Shown here: positions 1 through 9,577 of the stretch, piece after piece
How positions within the stretch are numbered: the first letter of the stretch is position 1
Layout of the letters: every line of letters begins with the position of its first letter
Origin: Gemmatimonadota bacterium
GTDB taxonomy: Bacteria > Gemmatimonadota > Gemmatimonadetes > Palauibacterales > Palauibacteraceae
Assembly: GCA_041612005.1 (NCBI GenBank)
Contig: JBFILW010000003.1
Location: 1 to 41,339 of the forward strand
Length of the DNA: 41,339 nt
Reading direction: 5' to 3'
Notes under the pieces: generated by a model
The model's database searches: none
The model's input: the letters and a program-made list of their open reading frames with translations, nothing else
What the model was told of the DNA's origin: nothing
Program-made: the position numbers and the translations under genes

Positions 1-77
1 CACGCCGCCGAGACCTGGAGCACGGTACGCTCGCACGCGGGCGTCCGTTCGGCAGAGGCGATTGCCGAGGCACGGAC

Positions 78-485
78 ATGAGCCGTTCGACGCAGACCGT
101 CGCACCCGTTGACACGAAGCCCGCACCGGTCCGGCGCGGGACGTTCCTGACCACCAGCCGGTCGCTGGGTCTCGGACTGCTCGCAGGCATCGGGGCGTCG
201 CTGTGCTGCCTGCCCATCCTGCTCCTGCTCGCGGGCGCGGGTGGCGCGTGGATGGGCACGCTGACGGCGATGGAGCCCTACCGGCCGTACCTCATGGGAC
301 TCACCGCCGTCTTCCTGGGGCTTGGGTTCAGGAAGCTCTACGTCCTGCCGCGGGCCTGCGCCGCCGACGAGGCGTGCGGCGCGCCACGGACGCTTCGCCG
401 GCAGCGGGCGCTCTTCTGGGTGATCACGGCCGTGGTGGTGGTGCTGATCGGGATCCCCTGGTACGCGCCCTTTCTTGTCGGCTGA
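78..485 (+). CDS. merT: Mercuric ion transporter MerT
   Basis: Three hydrophobic segments; GASLCCLP Cys pair in TM1; GAGGAW..L..MEPYRP motif; second Cys pair (ACAADEAC) in the loop; ends in PWYAP. All typical of MerT. Confidence 0.9.
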   Translation: MSRSTQTVAPVDTKPAPVRRGTFLTTSRSLGLGLLAGIGASLCCLPILLLLAGAGGAWMGTLTAMEPYRPYLMGLTAVFLGLGFRKLYVLPRACAADEACGAPRTLRRQRALFWVITAVVVVLIGIPWYAPFLVG

Positions 486-508
486 GCGAACGCCGGAGGC
501 AGGCATAG

Positions 509-877
509 ATGCTCAGACAGATTGGCGGCACGACCGGGGCGGCGATCGCAGGCGCCTGCTGCCTCGGCTTCGCGCCCCTGCTGGCGGCCCTGAGCGCGGT
601 AGGTGCAGGCTTCCTGATCCGCGATGCCATACTCGTGCCGCTGTTCGTGCTCTTTCTCGCGTTCACGCTGTGGTCGCTGTGGAGCTCGCGAATGGAGCAT
701 CACCGGTCCGGCCCCTTCTACCTGGGGCTTGGCGGCGCCCTCGTCGCATTCGCGGCGCTGTGGGTCTTCGTTCCGCTCGCCTATGGCGGGCTCGCGGCGT
801 TCATCGGTGCTTCGATCTGGGACATCGTGGCTCTACGCCAGACTCGCGCGCCTGCGGAGATGGCCGAGGCAGGCTGA
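509..877 (+). CDS. merC: Mercury transporter, MerC-like
   Basis: Four hydrophobic segments; GACCLG Cys pair in TM1; GAGFL motif; C-terminal YGGLAAFIGASIWD resembles the MerC tail; directly downstream of merT. Confidence 0.75.
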   Translation: MLRQIGGTTGAAIAGACCLGFAPLLAALSAVGAGFLIRDAILVPLFVLFLAFTLWSLWSSRMEHHRSGPFYLGLGGALVAFAALWVFVPLAYGGLAAFIGASIWDIVALRQTRAPAEMAEAG

Positions 878-1076
878 TGACAAGGCAGCCGTGAACGCGC
901 GAGTCGTGAGTCAGGCCCTGGATCCGGAAGTACGCAAACTGTCGCCGAGAAATCGGGCGTTCGCGAGCGACGCCCGCCCGATCGCGCTTCGTGCGAACGG
1001 TGATGCCGGGTCGCAGCCGGCGCCTGCGTCGTATCGAGGAGTCCGGGTGCTCACCTGCATGGGTCCGCTCGCCGCG

Positions 1077-2396
1077 TCAGTTCGTCATCAGGCTCGGCAG
1101 CCAGGTGATGATCCCGGGGAAGACCATGCACAGAATCAGGCCGACGAGCTGCAGGACGACGAACGGAAGGGCGGACTTGTAGATGTCCATCATGGTCACG
1201 CCCGGCGGCACGACAGCCTTCATGTAGAAGAGATTGAATCCGAACGGGGGCGTCAGGAAAGCCATCTCCATGTTGATCACGAAAAGCAGGGCGAACCACA
1301 GCGGATCGAAGCCAAGCGAGGTGACCACCGGGAAGAAGATGGGAGTGGTCAGCAGGACGATTCCCGTCGGGTCGAAGAACATCCCGAGCACGAAGAAGAT
1401 CGCCTGCATCGAGATGATCGGCCACCAGCCCTCGCCGACCCCGGCGATCAGGCCGGCGATGAGGGTCGACGCTCCCGTCACCGCGTAGAGCGCGGTGAAG
1501 ATGGATGCAGCGAACACGATCCAGATGACCATCGCGCTCAGGCGCAAGCAGACGAACAGCGCGGAGCTGAAGTTCTCCCAGCTCAGCTTGCGCTTGACCG
1601 CTGCGCTCACGATGGCGCCGAAGGCACCGATTGCCGAGGCCTCGCTCGGCGTTGCGAGCCCCATGAACATGGACCCCATGACGGCGAGGATGAGGCAGAT
1701 CGGCAACATCAGAGCACCCAGCAGCCGCAGTCTCTGGCGCAGCGGCAGCCGCTCCTCGGCGGGCACCCCCGGCCCCAGGTCCTTCTGGAAGTGGCAGCGG
1801 ATCAGGATGTAGGCGATGAACAGGCCGCTCAGCAGCAGGCCCGGCAGGATGCCGGCGATGAACATCTGACCGACCGACAACCTGGCGAACAGGGCGAGGA
1901 TGATCATCAGCACGCTCGGCGGAATCAGGATGCCGAGCGCACCGCCAGCGCAGATGCAGCCGATCGCGATATCCTTCTTGTAACCCCGCTTGAGCATCGA
2001 AGGCAGCGCCAGCAACCCCATCGACGTGGTCGCGGCTCCGCTGATGCCCACCATTGCCGAGAACAGCGTGCAGATGAGCACCGTACCGGCCGCCAGCCCA
2101 CCCCTGAGACCACCCATCCAGTGGTACATCAGCTCGTACAGATCTTCGGCGATGCCACATCGTTGCAGCATCGCTCCCATGAATATGAACATCGGCACCG
2201 CAACCAGCAGGAACATGTCCATCGCCATGTAGGTGCGGTTCGCCAGGATGGGGAGCGCGTGCGGCCCCCAGAGCAGGATGATGAACAGCGTGGCCACACC
2301 GCCGAGCGCGAACACCAGCGGCAATCCGGACAGCAGCAGGATGATCAGGCTGCCGAACAGGATGACCGTCAGCCAGCCGGGGCCAAGTTCCATCAT
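1077..2396 (-). CDS. dctM: TRAP transporter large permease (DctM family)
   Basis: 439 aa polytopic membrane protein with LLVAVPMFIFMG, GGALGILIPPS, ATPSEAS and LTPPFGFNLF motifs. Confidence 0.95.
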   Translation of the reverse strand: MMELGPGWLTVILFGSLIILLLSGLPLVFALGGVATLFIILLWGPHALPILANRTYMAMDMFLLVAVPMFIFMGAMLQRCGIAEDLYELMYHWMGGLRGGLAAGTVLICTLFSAMVGISGAATTSMGLLALPSMLKRGYKKDIAIGCICAGGALGILIPPSVLMIILALFARLSVGQMFIAGILPGLLLSGLFIAYILIRCHFQKDLGPGVPAEERLPLRQRLRLLGALMLPICLILAVMGSMFMGLATPSEASAIGAFGAIVSAAVKRKLSWENFSSALFVCLRLSAMVIWIVFAASIFTALYAVTGASTLIAGLIAGVGEGWWPIISMQAIFFVLGMFFDPTGIVLLTTPIFFPVVTSLGFDPLWFALLFVINMEMAFLTPPFGFNLFYMKAVVPPGVTMMDIYKSALPFVVLQLVGLILCMVFPGIITWLPSLMTN

Positions 2397-2482
2397 GCGC
2401 GTACTCCTTCGCGGGCGATTTGATGTCGGACGAGGTGCAAAGCCCCGACAGGGACGTCACTCCTGCAGGCAGACCTTGCCGG

Positions 2483-3016
2483 CTAGCGGATCCTCTCCCG
2501 TACCGGAAAGACGTGCTCACCGTTGATCACGATCAGCACGTCGCGAATGAGCTTGGCCAGCGCCTGCAACATGAACAGGAAGCAACCGACCGGAACGGTG
2601 GTGCGTAGCGGGTAGTACGCTGGCGCCCAGTGTGACATCGTGGTCTCGCCGATCTGCCAGGAGTTGATGGTGATCTTCAGCGATTCCCAGAACAGCACAC
2701 CGAGGAACAGGAAAACGAAGGCCGAGGTGATGATGTCGAGGATGGCGCGCCCGCGAGGTGACAGCCTTCCCCAGATGATGTCCACGTTCACGTGGCCGTC
2801 GGCCAGGTGCGTGTACGCACCGCCGAGCACGATGTAGCTTCCGTACAGGAACAGCGAGATCTCGTAGGCCCAGAGCGAGGGCTGATTGAAGAAGTACCTC
2901 ATCACGATCTCCCAGATCATGATGAAGAGCATCGGGCACATCAGAAACGCGACCAGCCAGCCAATCCTGGCGTTCACGAAGTCCGTGTAGCGCAGGAAGT
3001 ATTCGATCGCCTTCAC
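2483..3016 (-). CDS. dctQ: TRAP transporter small permease (DctQ family)
   Basis: Four TM segments; EIVMRYFFNQPSLWAYE and GHVNVDI motifs; GTG start; lies between dctP and dctM. Confidence 0.92.
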   Translation of the reverse strand: MKAIEYFLRYTDFVNARIGWLVAFLMCPMLFIMIWEIVMRYFFNQPSLWAYEISLFLYGSYIVLGGAYTHLADGHVNVDIIWGRLSPRGRAILDIITSAFVFLFLGVLFWESLKITINSWQIGETTMSHWAPAYYPLRTTVPVGCFLFMLQALAKLIRDVLIVINGEHVFPVRERIR

Positions 3017-3223
3017 GGCCCCCTCCCCGTCGCCGCCGGCCGAGCCTGCGTACGACTACGGCTTGCGCGTGCTTCCTTGCTATCGCTGCAGGGCAACCGG
3101 TCTACCTCCGCAGGGCGCTTGCGGCACGCGCTGCCCGCGGCCGCTGCCCGCGGGGCAGGAGGAATGCGCGCGGCGCCGCATGGCTCGGTGCCGCGCGCAG
3201 GTCCCCCGGTCCGATGGTCGATG

Positions 3224-4378
3224 TCAGACCGGCAGCTGCTTCGGCCCGTAATAGTCCTTGTAGAGCTGCCTGGCCTCTGTGTAGATATCGATGACCTTGT
3301 CGATGTGCGGGATCTTGCCGCGCATGCCGACGAACCGGTTCCAGCACCACTCGGCGGCCTTGTTCAGCTCCCCCTGGGGCATGATCATCGTCTCCATGCC
3401 ACCGTCGGCAAGCGCCTTGCGCCCGCGTGCATCGGTGGGGATGGTGAGCGCGGCGATGTCGAGGTTGTGCACGCGCGCCGCCGACAGCATCACTTCCTGC
3501 AAATCTTCGGGCATCTCGTTGAAGGTGCGAAGATTCATGATGATCTCGCAGACGTCGTACGGCACCACCGATGGATTGATGTAGTACTTGCACACCTCGT
3601 TCAGCTTCATGCCGGCCCACGCATCGGGAGCGCCGAATGCGGCTGCATCCAGGATCTTGGTCTGGATGGCGGTGTAGATCTCGCCGCCCGGCACGGTGAC
3701 GATGGACGCCCCGTTGTGCACCAGCCAGTCGGCCCAGATGCCGAAGGCACGCACCTTCATGCCCTCGAAATCTGAATACTTGTTGATCGGCCGGGTGGAT
3801 ACCATGCTGCCCCACTCGTCGGAGCACTCGTAGGTCAGGTGCATCACGCCGTGCGGTGCGTACGCTTCGCGCCACAGCTCCTTGATGCCCATGTACTGGT
3901 ACACGTACTCGTAGAATTCGAGATTCTGGAACGGGAAGAACGGTACCGCCCACAGATACTCCCCGACGGGCACGATGCCGCGGTGGTAGACCGAGGAGGT
4001 GATCGCGACGTCCGCCACGCCCGAGCCGACGCCGCGGAAGGTCTCGCCGATGCCGAGCAGCACCTCGGCGTCGAAGTTCGTCATCTGGATGCGGCCGCCG
4101 GACATCCTGTTCACGCGCTCCACGAACAGCTTCGCGGCCCGATCCTGGGACTGGATTCCGATACCGGTCCAGTTGCTCTGCAACTTGAGCCGCCAGACCT
4201 TGTCCTGTGCGCGTACGATGGCGGGAAAGCCCAGCGCGGCACCACCGACGCCGGCGGCGCCGGTCTTCAGGTAATCACGGCGGGAGACTTTTTCATTCTT
4301 GCCCGTGCGCGGCCGGACGGTGGCCGCGCTGTCCGCAGCCTGGCCGCGACTGTCCGTGTTGCGCGTACGATCGCTCAT
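3224..4378 (-). CDS. dctP: TRAP substrate-binding protein (DctP family) with Tat signal
   Basis: Start placed at ATG 4378 behind an AGAGGAG RBS. Twin-arginine signal SRRDYLK...PAIVRAQ; GMKVRAFG and PGGEIYTAIQ motifs. Confidence 0.92.
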   Translation of the reverse strand: MSDRTRNTDSRGQAADSAATVRPRTGKNEKVSRRDYLKTGAAGVGGAALGFPAIVRAQDKVWRLKLQSNWTGIGIQSQDRAAKLFVERVNRMSGGRIQMTNFDAEVLLGIGETFRGVGSGVADVAITSSVYHRGIVPVGEYLWAVPFFPFQNLEFYEYVYQYMGIKELWREAYAPHGVMHLTYECSDEWGSMVSTRPINKYSDFEGMKVRAFGIWADWLVHNGASIVTVPGGEIYTAIQTKILDAAAFGAPDAWAGMKLNEVCKYYINPSVVPYDVCEIIMNLRTFNEMPEDLQEVMLSAARVHNLDIAALTIPTDARGRKALADGGMETMIMPQGELNKAAEWCWNRFVGMRGKIPHIDKVIDIYTEARQLYKDYYGPKQLPV

Positions 4379-4721
4379 GCCGATTCTCCTCTGTTGGCCT
4401 CCATGGGTCGGCGAGTCTTGGACGCTCGCTCGCTCGCGCCGAGCGTACGGGAGCCGTTGACGCGGTGCAAGCAATGCTGCCGTGTCGCGAAACCGCCGGA
4501 AACGGGGCGCATCCAGGGCCCGATCTCGACCGTCGACTTGACCGGCCGCCGCCGGGCGACCACGGTTACTGCACCGGCCGCGTGAACTCCGGCCGTCCCG
4601 TCGTCGACGCGGCGCTGACGCGGCCACCGCAGGCGACGGCCAGTGCTGGCTGTCGATGTTCATGCCAGTGCGCAGCGAGCCGCGCCCGTTCCGGACGTCC
4701 AACGTTGATGGAGATCCCCGC

Positions 4722-5741
4722 ATGAACCCGAAGCCCCTCGAGCTCTGGCACTTCGGCGTGCCGGCCGTGACCGGCATGGAGGCGGCCGCAGCCCGCTGCG
4801 AGGCGCTGGGCTTCGACGGCCTCACGCTCACCGACTCCCAGAACCTCTCGCCCGACACCTACGTGGCGCTGACCCTCGCAGCGCGCTCTACCACGAGGCT
4901 CATGCTCGGCACCGGCGTCACCAACCCGCTCACGCGCCACGCCGCCGTGACCGCTGGCGCGATGGCGAGCCTGCAGGAGCTCTCCGACGGACGCATGACG
5001 CTGGGGATCGGCCGCGGCGACTCGTCACTGTTCAACATCGGCCACAAGCCCGTCTCGCCCGCCCGCCTCGAGCGCTACGTGGCCGACGTGCAGGCCTACC
5101 TGCGCGGGGAGACTCTCGACGCGGCCGGCTACGAGAGCCGGATCCGCTGGCTTGCGGGATCACGGCGACCGAAGGTGCCCGTGGACGTCGCGGGCACGGG
5201 GCCGAAGGTTCTCGCCATCGGGGCGCGGTTGGCGGACCGTGTGAGCTTCGCCCTCGGATCCGATCCCGAGCGTGTCGCCTGGGGCATCGAGCAGGTACGC
5301 ACCGCAGCGGGGGCGGAACGGGAGATGCCGTCTCTCGGCCTCTACCTGAACGTCTGCGTGCACGACGATCCGGAGCGCGCCGCGGAGCTGGTGCGCCCGG
5401 GAGTGGGTATCTTCGCTCACTTCACCGCCATGCCCGGCGCCACCCGGGACCGGGTCCGGGGCGAGGATCGCGCAGTCTTCGACCGCCTCGGCGACTATGA
5501 CAAGCTCCGCCACGGCCGCGGCGACGCCGCCCACGCCGAGGCCATGCCGCTGAGCTTCATCGAGCGGTTCGCGGTAATCGGGCCTGCCGGCCACTGCATC
5601 GAGAAGCTGGCGACCCTGCGCGACCTGGGGATCGACCGTATGGTCGTCATCGGGCCGCGCCGCGATCACTTCGGTGCCGAGGCGGACGAGGCGCAGCAGC
5701 GGTTTGCGGAGGACGTCATTCCGGCGCTGCGACAGGGGTGA
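4722..5741 (+). CDS. Luciferase-like (LLM class) flavin/F420-dependent oxidoreductase
   Basis: ATG 4722 behind GGAG. Motifs GFDGLTLTDSQ, LGTGVTNPLTRH, GRMTLGIGRGD and GPK...GARLAD. Confidence 0.9.
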   Translation: MNPKPLELWHFGVPAVTGMEAAAARCEALGFDGLTLTDSQNLSPDTYVALTLAARSTTRLMLGTGVTNPLTRHAAVTAGAMASLQELSDGRMTLGIGRGDSSLFNIGHKPVSPARLERYVADVQAYLRGETLDAAGYESRIRWLAGSRRPKVPVDVAGTGPKVLAIGARLADRVSFALGSDPERVAWGIEQVRTAAGAEREMPSLGLYLNVCVHDDPERAAELVRPGVGIFAHFTAMPGATRDRVRGEDRAVFDRLGDYDKLRHGRGDAAHAEAMPLSFIERFAVIGPAGHCIEKLATLRDLGIDRMVVIGPRRDHFGAEADEAQQRFAEDVIPALRQG

Positions 5742-6389
5742 GCAGCCCCGGGGAATCGCACCCCGAGGCACTCGCAGATCCGGACATGTGCGTCTGCGCT
5801 CACCGGACTCCCATCATCCGGCCGGGCAAGACGCCGGTGCGTGAGCCGCCCGGGCCGGTGACGAGCCACCTGCCCGAGCCAGCCCATGGCCCGCTCGAGG
5901 TACCGACCCTTCGAAGCACTGGTGAAGCGCCGCGTGCTGAACCGGATGGCGGCTCCCGATCTAGCGAAATCCGAGCGGGTTCTGCCGGGTTGATCCGTCC
6001 CGCAGAAGTGGGCGGTGAGAGTGGCCTGGCCGGCGCCGGTCGCAAGCCCCTGCTCTCCCCGGGGCGGGCGCCTCCGTCACCCGCGCCTCCGCGTGCGAGG
6101 GCGCGCGTGACGTGCCGGGTGTGAGTGTGGGCAGCCGCCGGGCGCCACCCGGATGCCAAGTAGCTGTTCCGAGCCACAGATCACGGCCACCGAGGAGGAA
6201 GGCGGGGGTCGGTGGGCCCGTACGCGGCCGGGATGCCGCGTTCGAGCGTTCAGGGATGGATTCACCGCGTGGCCCACCGCTCCCTGCCTTCCTCTGCCCG
6301 GCTCAACGCGTGTAGCGCGGCTCGGAACAGCTAATTAGGATCCTGCAGGTCCGATCCGCTCCAGGCTCGGACGACGGGGGCGGACAATC

Positions 6390-7793
6390 ATGGTCAGGGT
6401 GACTTCCCTTCCGGACCAGGTGGATTTCGAGGTGCAGCCCGGCGAGACCTTGCTCGCGGCCGGGCTCCGCTCGGGGATCGCGTTCGCGCATGCCTGCGGC
6501 GGCCGGGCCAAGTGCTCCACCTGTCGCATCTGGGTGGTCGACGGCCTCGAGACCTGCTCCGAGCGCACCGAGATCGAGGCCTCGATGGCGCAGCGCCTGG
6601 GTTTCACCACCGAGGTCCGGCTTGCCTGCCAGCTCCGTCCGGGGGGGGCGCTGCGCATCCGCCGGCTGGTGCTCGACGAAACCGATCTGTTGATCTGCAG
6701 TCAGCTCGATCGCGCCGCCGCCACGCGCGTGGGCGAGGCAAGGAACGTCACCATCCTGTTCAGTGACGTCTCCGATTCCACCTCCATCTCGCAGCAGCTG
6801 TCACCCTACGACCTGATGTATCTGCTGAACCGTTACTTCGTCCAGGTCGGGGACATCATTGAACGCAACGGGGGATACATCGATCGCTTCATCGGTGACG
6901 GCGTGATGGCCATATTCGGGGTCGGCGACCAGCCGAATGCGCCGCTGCACGGGGTCGACACTGCGCTGCAGATCCTGGCGGCCGCGGATCAGGTCAAGCC
7001 CTACTTCGCGTCCCTGTACGGCGTCGACTTCGACGTCCGGGTCGGGCTGCACTACGGCGAGGCAGTTCTCGGCTCGCTCGGTTCGATCGGCCACGAGCGC
7101 CTCACCGCAATCGGCGACGTGCCCAATGTGGCCAGTCGCATCGAGGCCGCGAACAAGGAGGCGGGCACCCGGCTTCTCATCTCCCAGGCCCTGCACGATC
7201 AGGTGGCGGAGGATGTCGAGGTGGCCGACTTCGTCAGGGTGCTGTTGCGGGGCACCAACGAGCGGATCACCCTGTACGAGATCGCGGGGATCAAGGCAGT
7301 TTCTCGCTCGAAGCTGCTCGCCGAGGAGCCGCGCGAGATCGAGCAGTTCGCGGGCAAGAGGTGGCTTCGCATGTTCGCGGCCGACGAGCTCGCGGTGGAC
7401 GAACGGAGAATCGTGGAGCTGGAAGACCGTGACGTTGTCATCCTGCGCCGGAGCGACGGCTACTTCGCCTTCAACAACGCGTGCCCACATCTGCATCTGC
7501 CGCTGTTCGAACGCAGGATGATGAAAGAGGGGGATCTGGGGAACTTTCCGGGCACGGACACGCCACGGCCGGTCGCCAGCACCGTCACCGGCGACCGCGG
7601 CGTGGTCTGCCGGTGGCACAACAGCTGCTTCGACCTGCAGACCGGGGAGATCCGGGAATGGGCGACGCGACTGCAGGAGGACGGCACCTCGCCCGGCTGG
7701 GAGTTTCTGGGCGACATCTCGAAGAACCGCACGAAGCTGCAGGTCTACGCGTGCCGAGAGCACGATGGTCACCTGTGGGTTGCGCTCGAGTGA
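6390..7793 (+). CDS. 2Fe-2S ferredoxin - class III nucleotide cyclase - Rieske domain fusion
   Basis: N-terminal CGGRAKCSTC...RLAC (Fer2). Central ILFSD, IDRFIGDGVMAIFG and TAIGDVPNVASRIE (cyclase). C-terminal NACPH...CRWH (Rieske CxH/CxxH). Confidence 0.88.
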   Translation: MVRVTSLPDQVDFEVQPGETLLAAGLRSGIAFAHACGGRAKCSTCRIWVVDGLETCSERTEIEASMAQRLGFTTEVRLACQLRPGGALRIRRLVLDETDLLICSQLDRAAATRVGEARNVTILFSDVSDSTSISQQLSPYDLMYLLNRYFVQVGDIIERNGGYIDRFIGDGVMAIFGVGDQPNAPLHGVDTALQILAAADQVKPYFASLYGVDFDVRVGLHYGEAVLGSLGSIGHERLTAIGDVPNVASRIEAANKEAGTRLLISQALHDQVAEDVEVADFVRVLLRGTNERITLYEIAGIKAVSRSKLLAEEPREIEQFAGKRWLRMFAADELAVDERRIVELEDRDVVILRRSDGYFAFNNACPHLHLPLFERRMMKEGDLGNFPGTDTPRPVASTVTGDRGVVCRWHNSCFDLQTGEIREWATRLQEDGTSPGWEFLGDISKNRTKLQVYACREHDGHLWVALE

Positions 7794-7976
7794 TCGGGTC
7801 GCGGCCACGGGAGCGGCCAGCGGCGGGCCGTCACCCGCCGCGAGCGTCCCAGTGGGGCCATGACGCGCGTCGACATCGGGGGCTTTCGTCACCCACGACG
7901 GGCAGTGTCGCGGGAAGCATCGCGCCGCCCGAGCGCGCCGCCCACCGGGTCCTGGTCGAGCTCGAGAGCCCGGGCT

Positions 7977-8978
7977 TCATGCGCGGACCGGTGGCCGGCC
8001 CGGGTCACTGCGGGCCCGATCGGCCCGGCCGGCCCGGCCGCTGCGCCCGCGGGCGGCGCAGCCGGCCAGCGCCGCCACCAGGAGGGCGGCCAAGGGCGGC
8101 TCCGGCAGCGGCGAGGACGCGAGCGGCGTGGCGCGCAGCGCGATCACCGGCTGCGAACCCAGCGACAGGGGATCGCTGAACTCGGTGAAGATCCCCTCCG
8201 CGAAGGCGCCCGGCCCGGTGAGCGTCGTCCTCATGTCGAAGAAGTATCTGATCGCCATGCGCTCGCCGGCGCCCAGGATGCCCAGGTCCAGGGTCTGGAA
8301 CGAGAACGGGATGTCCACGTTGTTGCGGTCGACCTGCGTGGCGCCGATGTCGGCTCCGCGGGTCGTGAAGACCTGGTTGCCGAGGGCGTCGGCCACGAAC
8401 TCGCCGGCCGACCGGAAGCTCGGGCCGGAGAGCGACGGGATGAGCAGGCGGGGGGGCGACTCGATGGGCGCGGTGCCGAGGTTCTCCCCCTCCACCTCGA
8501 GTTGATAGCTCACCTCCGCCCGTCCGGCCTCCATGAGCAGCGAGCCGCCGTCGATGATGAAGCTCGCCTCCACCCGGGCGGGCACGCCGAGGAGGTTCAC
8601 GAACTCGTCGCTGTAGATGGACACCTGCGCGGTCAGCTCGTAGGTCTCGCTGGCCGAGATCCCGCCGGTGAGGGAGGTGCGCAGGCCGACGGCGCCGAAG
8701 CGCCCCGCCGACGCGAGGGCCTGGTAGGTCACGCCGCCGACGGCCGGGTCGGCCGTCGAGTCGCCGATCGTCGCGAGGATGTCCGTGGTGATGTCCGTGG
8801 AGGTCGTGCCCTGCACCTCGGCACCGTCCGAGTTCCCCAGCGGGTCCGGGACGAGGAACACGACGTCGGAGAACACGCCAACCCGCTGGATGAGGAGCGC
8901 CTGCGCCGGCCCGGGGGCGGTGACAGCGAGCAGTAGCGCGAGGAACGCGGGAACCGAACCGGGCAGGAAACGTGTCAT
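7977..8978 (-). CDS. Secreted protein with PEP-CTERM-like sorting tail
   Basis: Signal peptide ending AQA. C-terminus PLPEP followed by a hydrophobic stretch (LAALLVAALAG) and an Arg-rich tail. Confidence 0.6.
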   Translation of the reverse strand: MTRFLPGSVPAFLALLLAVTAPGPAQALLIQRVGVFSDVVFLVPDPLGNSDGAEVQGTTSTDITTDILATIGDSTADPAVGGVTYQALASAGRFGAVGLRTSLTGGISASETYELTAQVSIYSDEFVNLLGVPARVEASFIIDGGSLLMEAGRAEVSYQLEVEGENLGTAPIESPPRLLIPSLSGPSFRSAGEFVADALGNQVFTTRGADIGATQVDRNNVDIPFSFQTLDLGILGAGERMAIRYFFDMRTTLTGPGAFAEGIFTEFSDPLSLGSQPVIALRATPLASSPLPEPPLAALLVAALAGCAARGRSGRAGRADRARSDPGRPPVRA

Positions 8979-9577
8979 GGGAGGCAGCCCTCCGCGCTCG
9001 ATGGGCCCTCCTGACGCCCTGCAAATTCCGCGCCGCGATCGGCAAAGGCTCCGGGGAACCAGGGATCCGGGGTGCTCGAGCCCGTCCAGGTGCTGTCCGG
9101 GGCGGCCGCGGTGTAAAGATCTCCGACACCGCCCGGGCCGGGCCGCGGCATCCGTGATCGGTCAACGCCATCTCGGGGGCGGCCGGTCCGGCACGGGTCG
9201 CGGGGACACGCTGTGAATACGTCCCTGTACGCTCGACGGCCGCGTCGCGTGCGCTCGTTCGGCCGCCAGCCGGAAGGTTCCGAGGTCGGTCACCATGCCG
9301 AAGGCCTCGACTCGGGGTCGATGCGCTGCGGGATTTCGCGGGGCCTGCATGACGCAACGGTCGAGAGCGGTGTACGGGCTGCAAGGACGGCAGAGCGTAT
9401 TACCCCTGTGGACAATTTGCGCCGGGCGGGCAAGATGCACGCTGCAGGCGATTCCGGAGAAGGTATTGCTACAACGTCATCAATGCCGGTGTCGCCGCAA
9501 CGGGTCATCTGGCCAGCGGCTCGCCAGCGCACTGGCTTGCCACGCTGGGCGTCTGGGACAGGGCCCGTAGCGCCCGC

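Noticed and set aside
624-2423. Long alternative-frame ORFs (e.g. 624-2423 +, 13345-15303 -, 31689-33155 +, 34607-36094 +)
   Set aside because: Arg/Pro/Ala-rich antisense or off-frame shadows of well-supported genes, as expected in high-GC DNA.
5742-6389. Small ORFs or structured RNA in this intergenic gap
   Set aside because: No recognisable protein motif, RBS-supported start or RNA family that I could support by eye.
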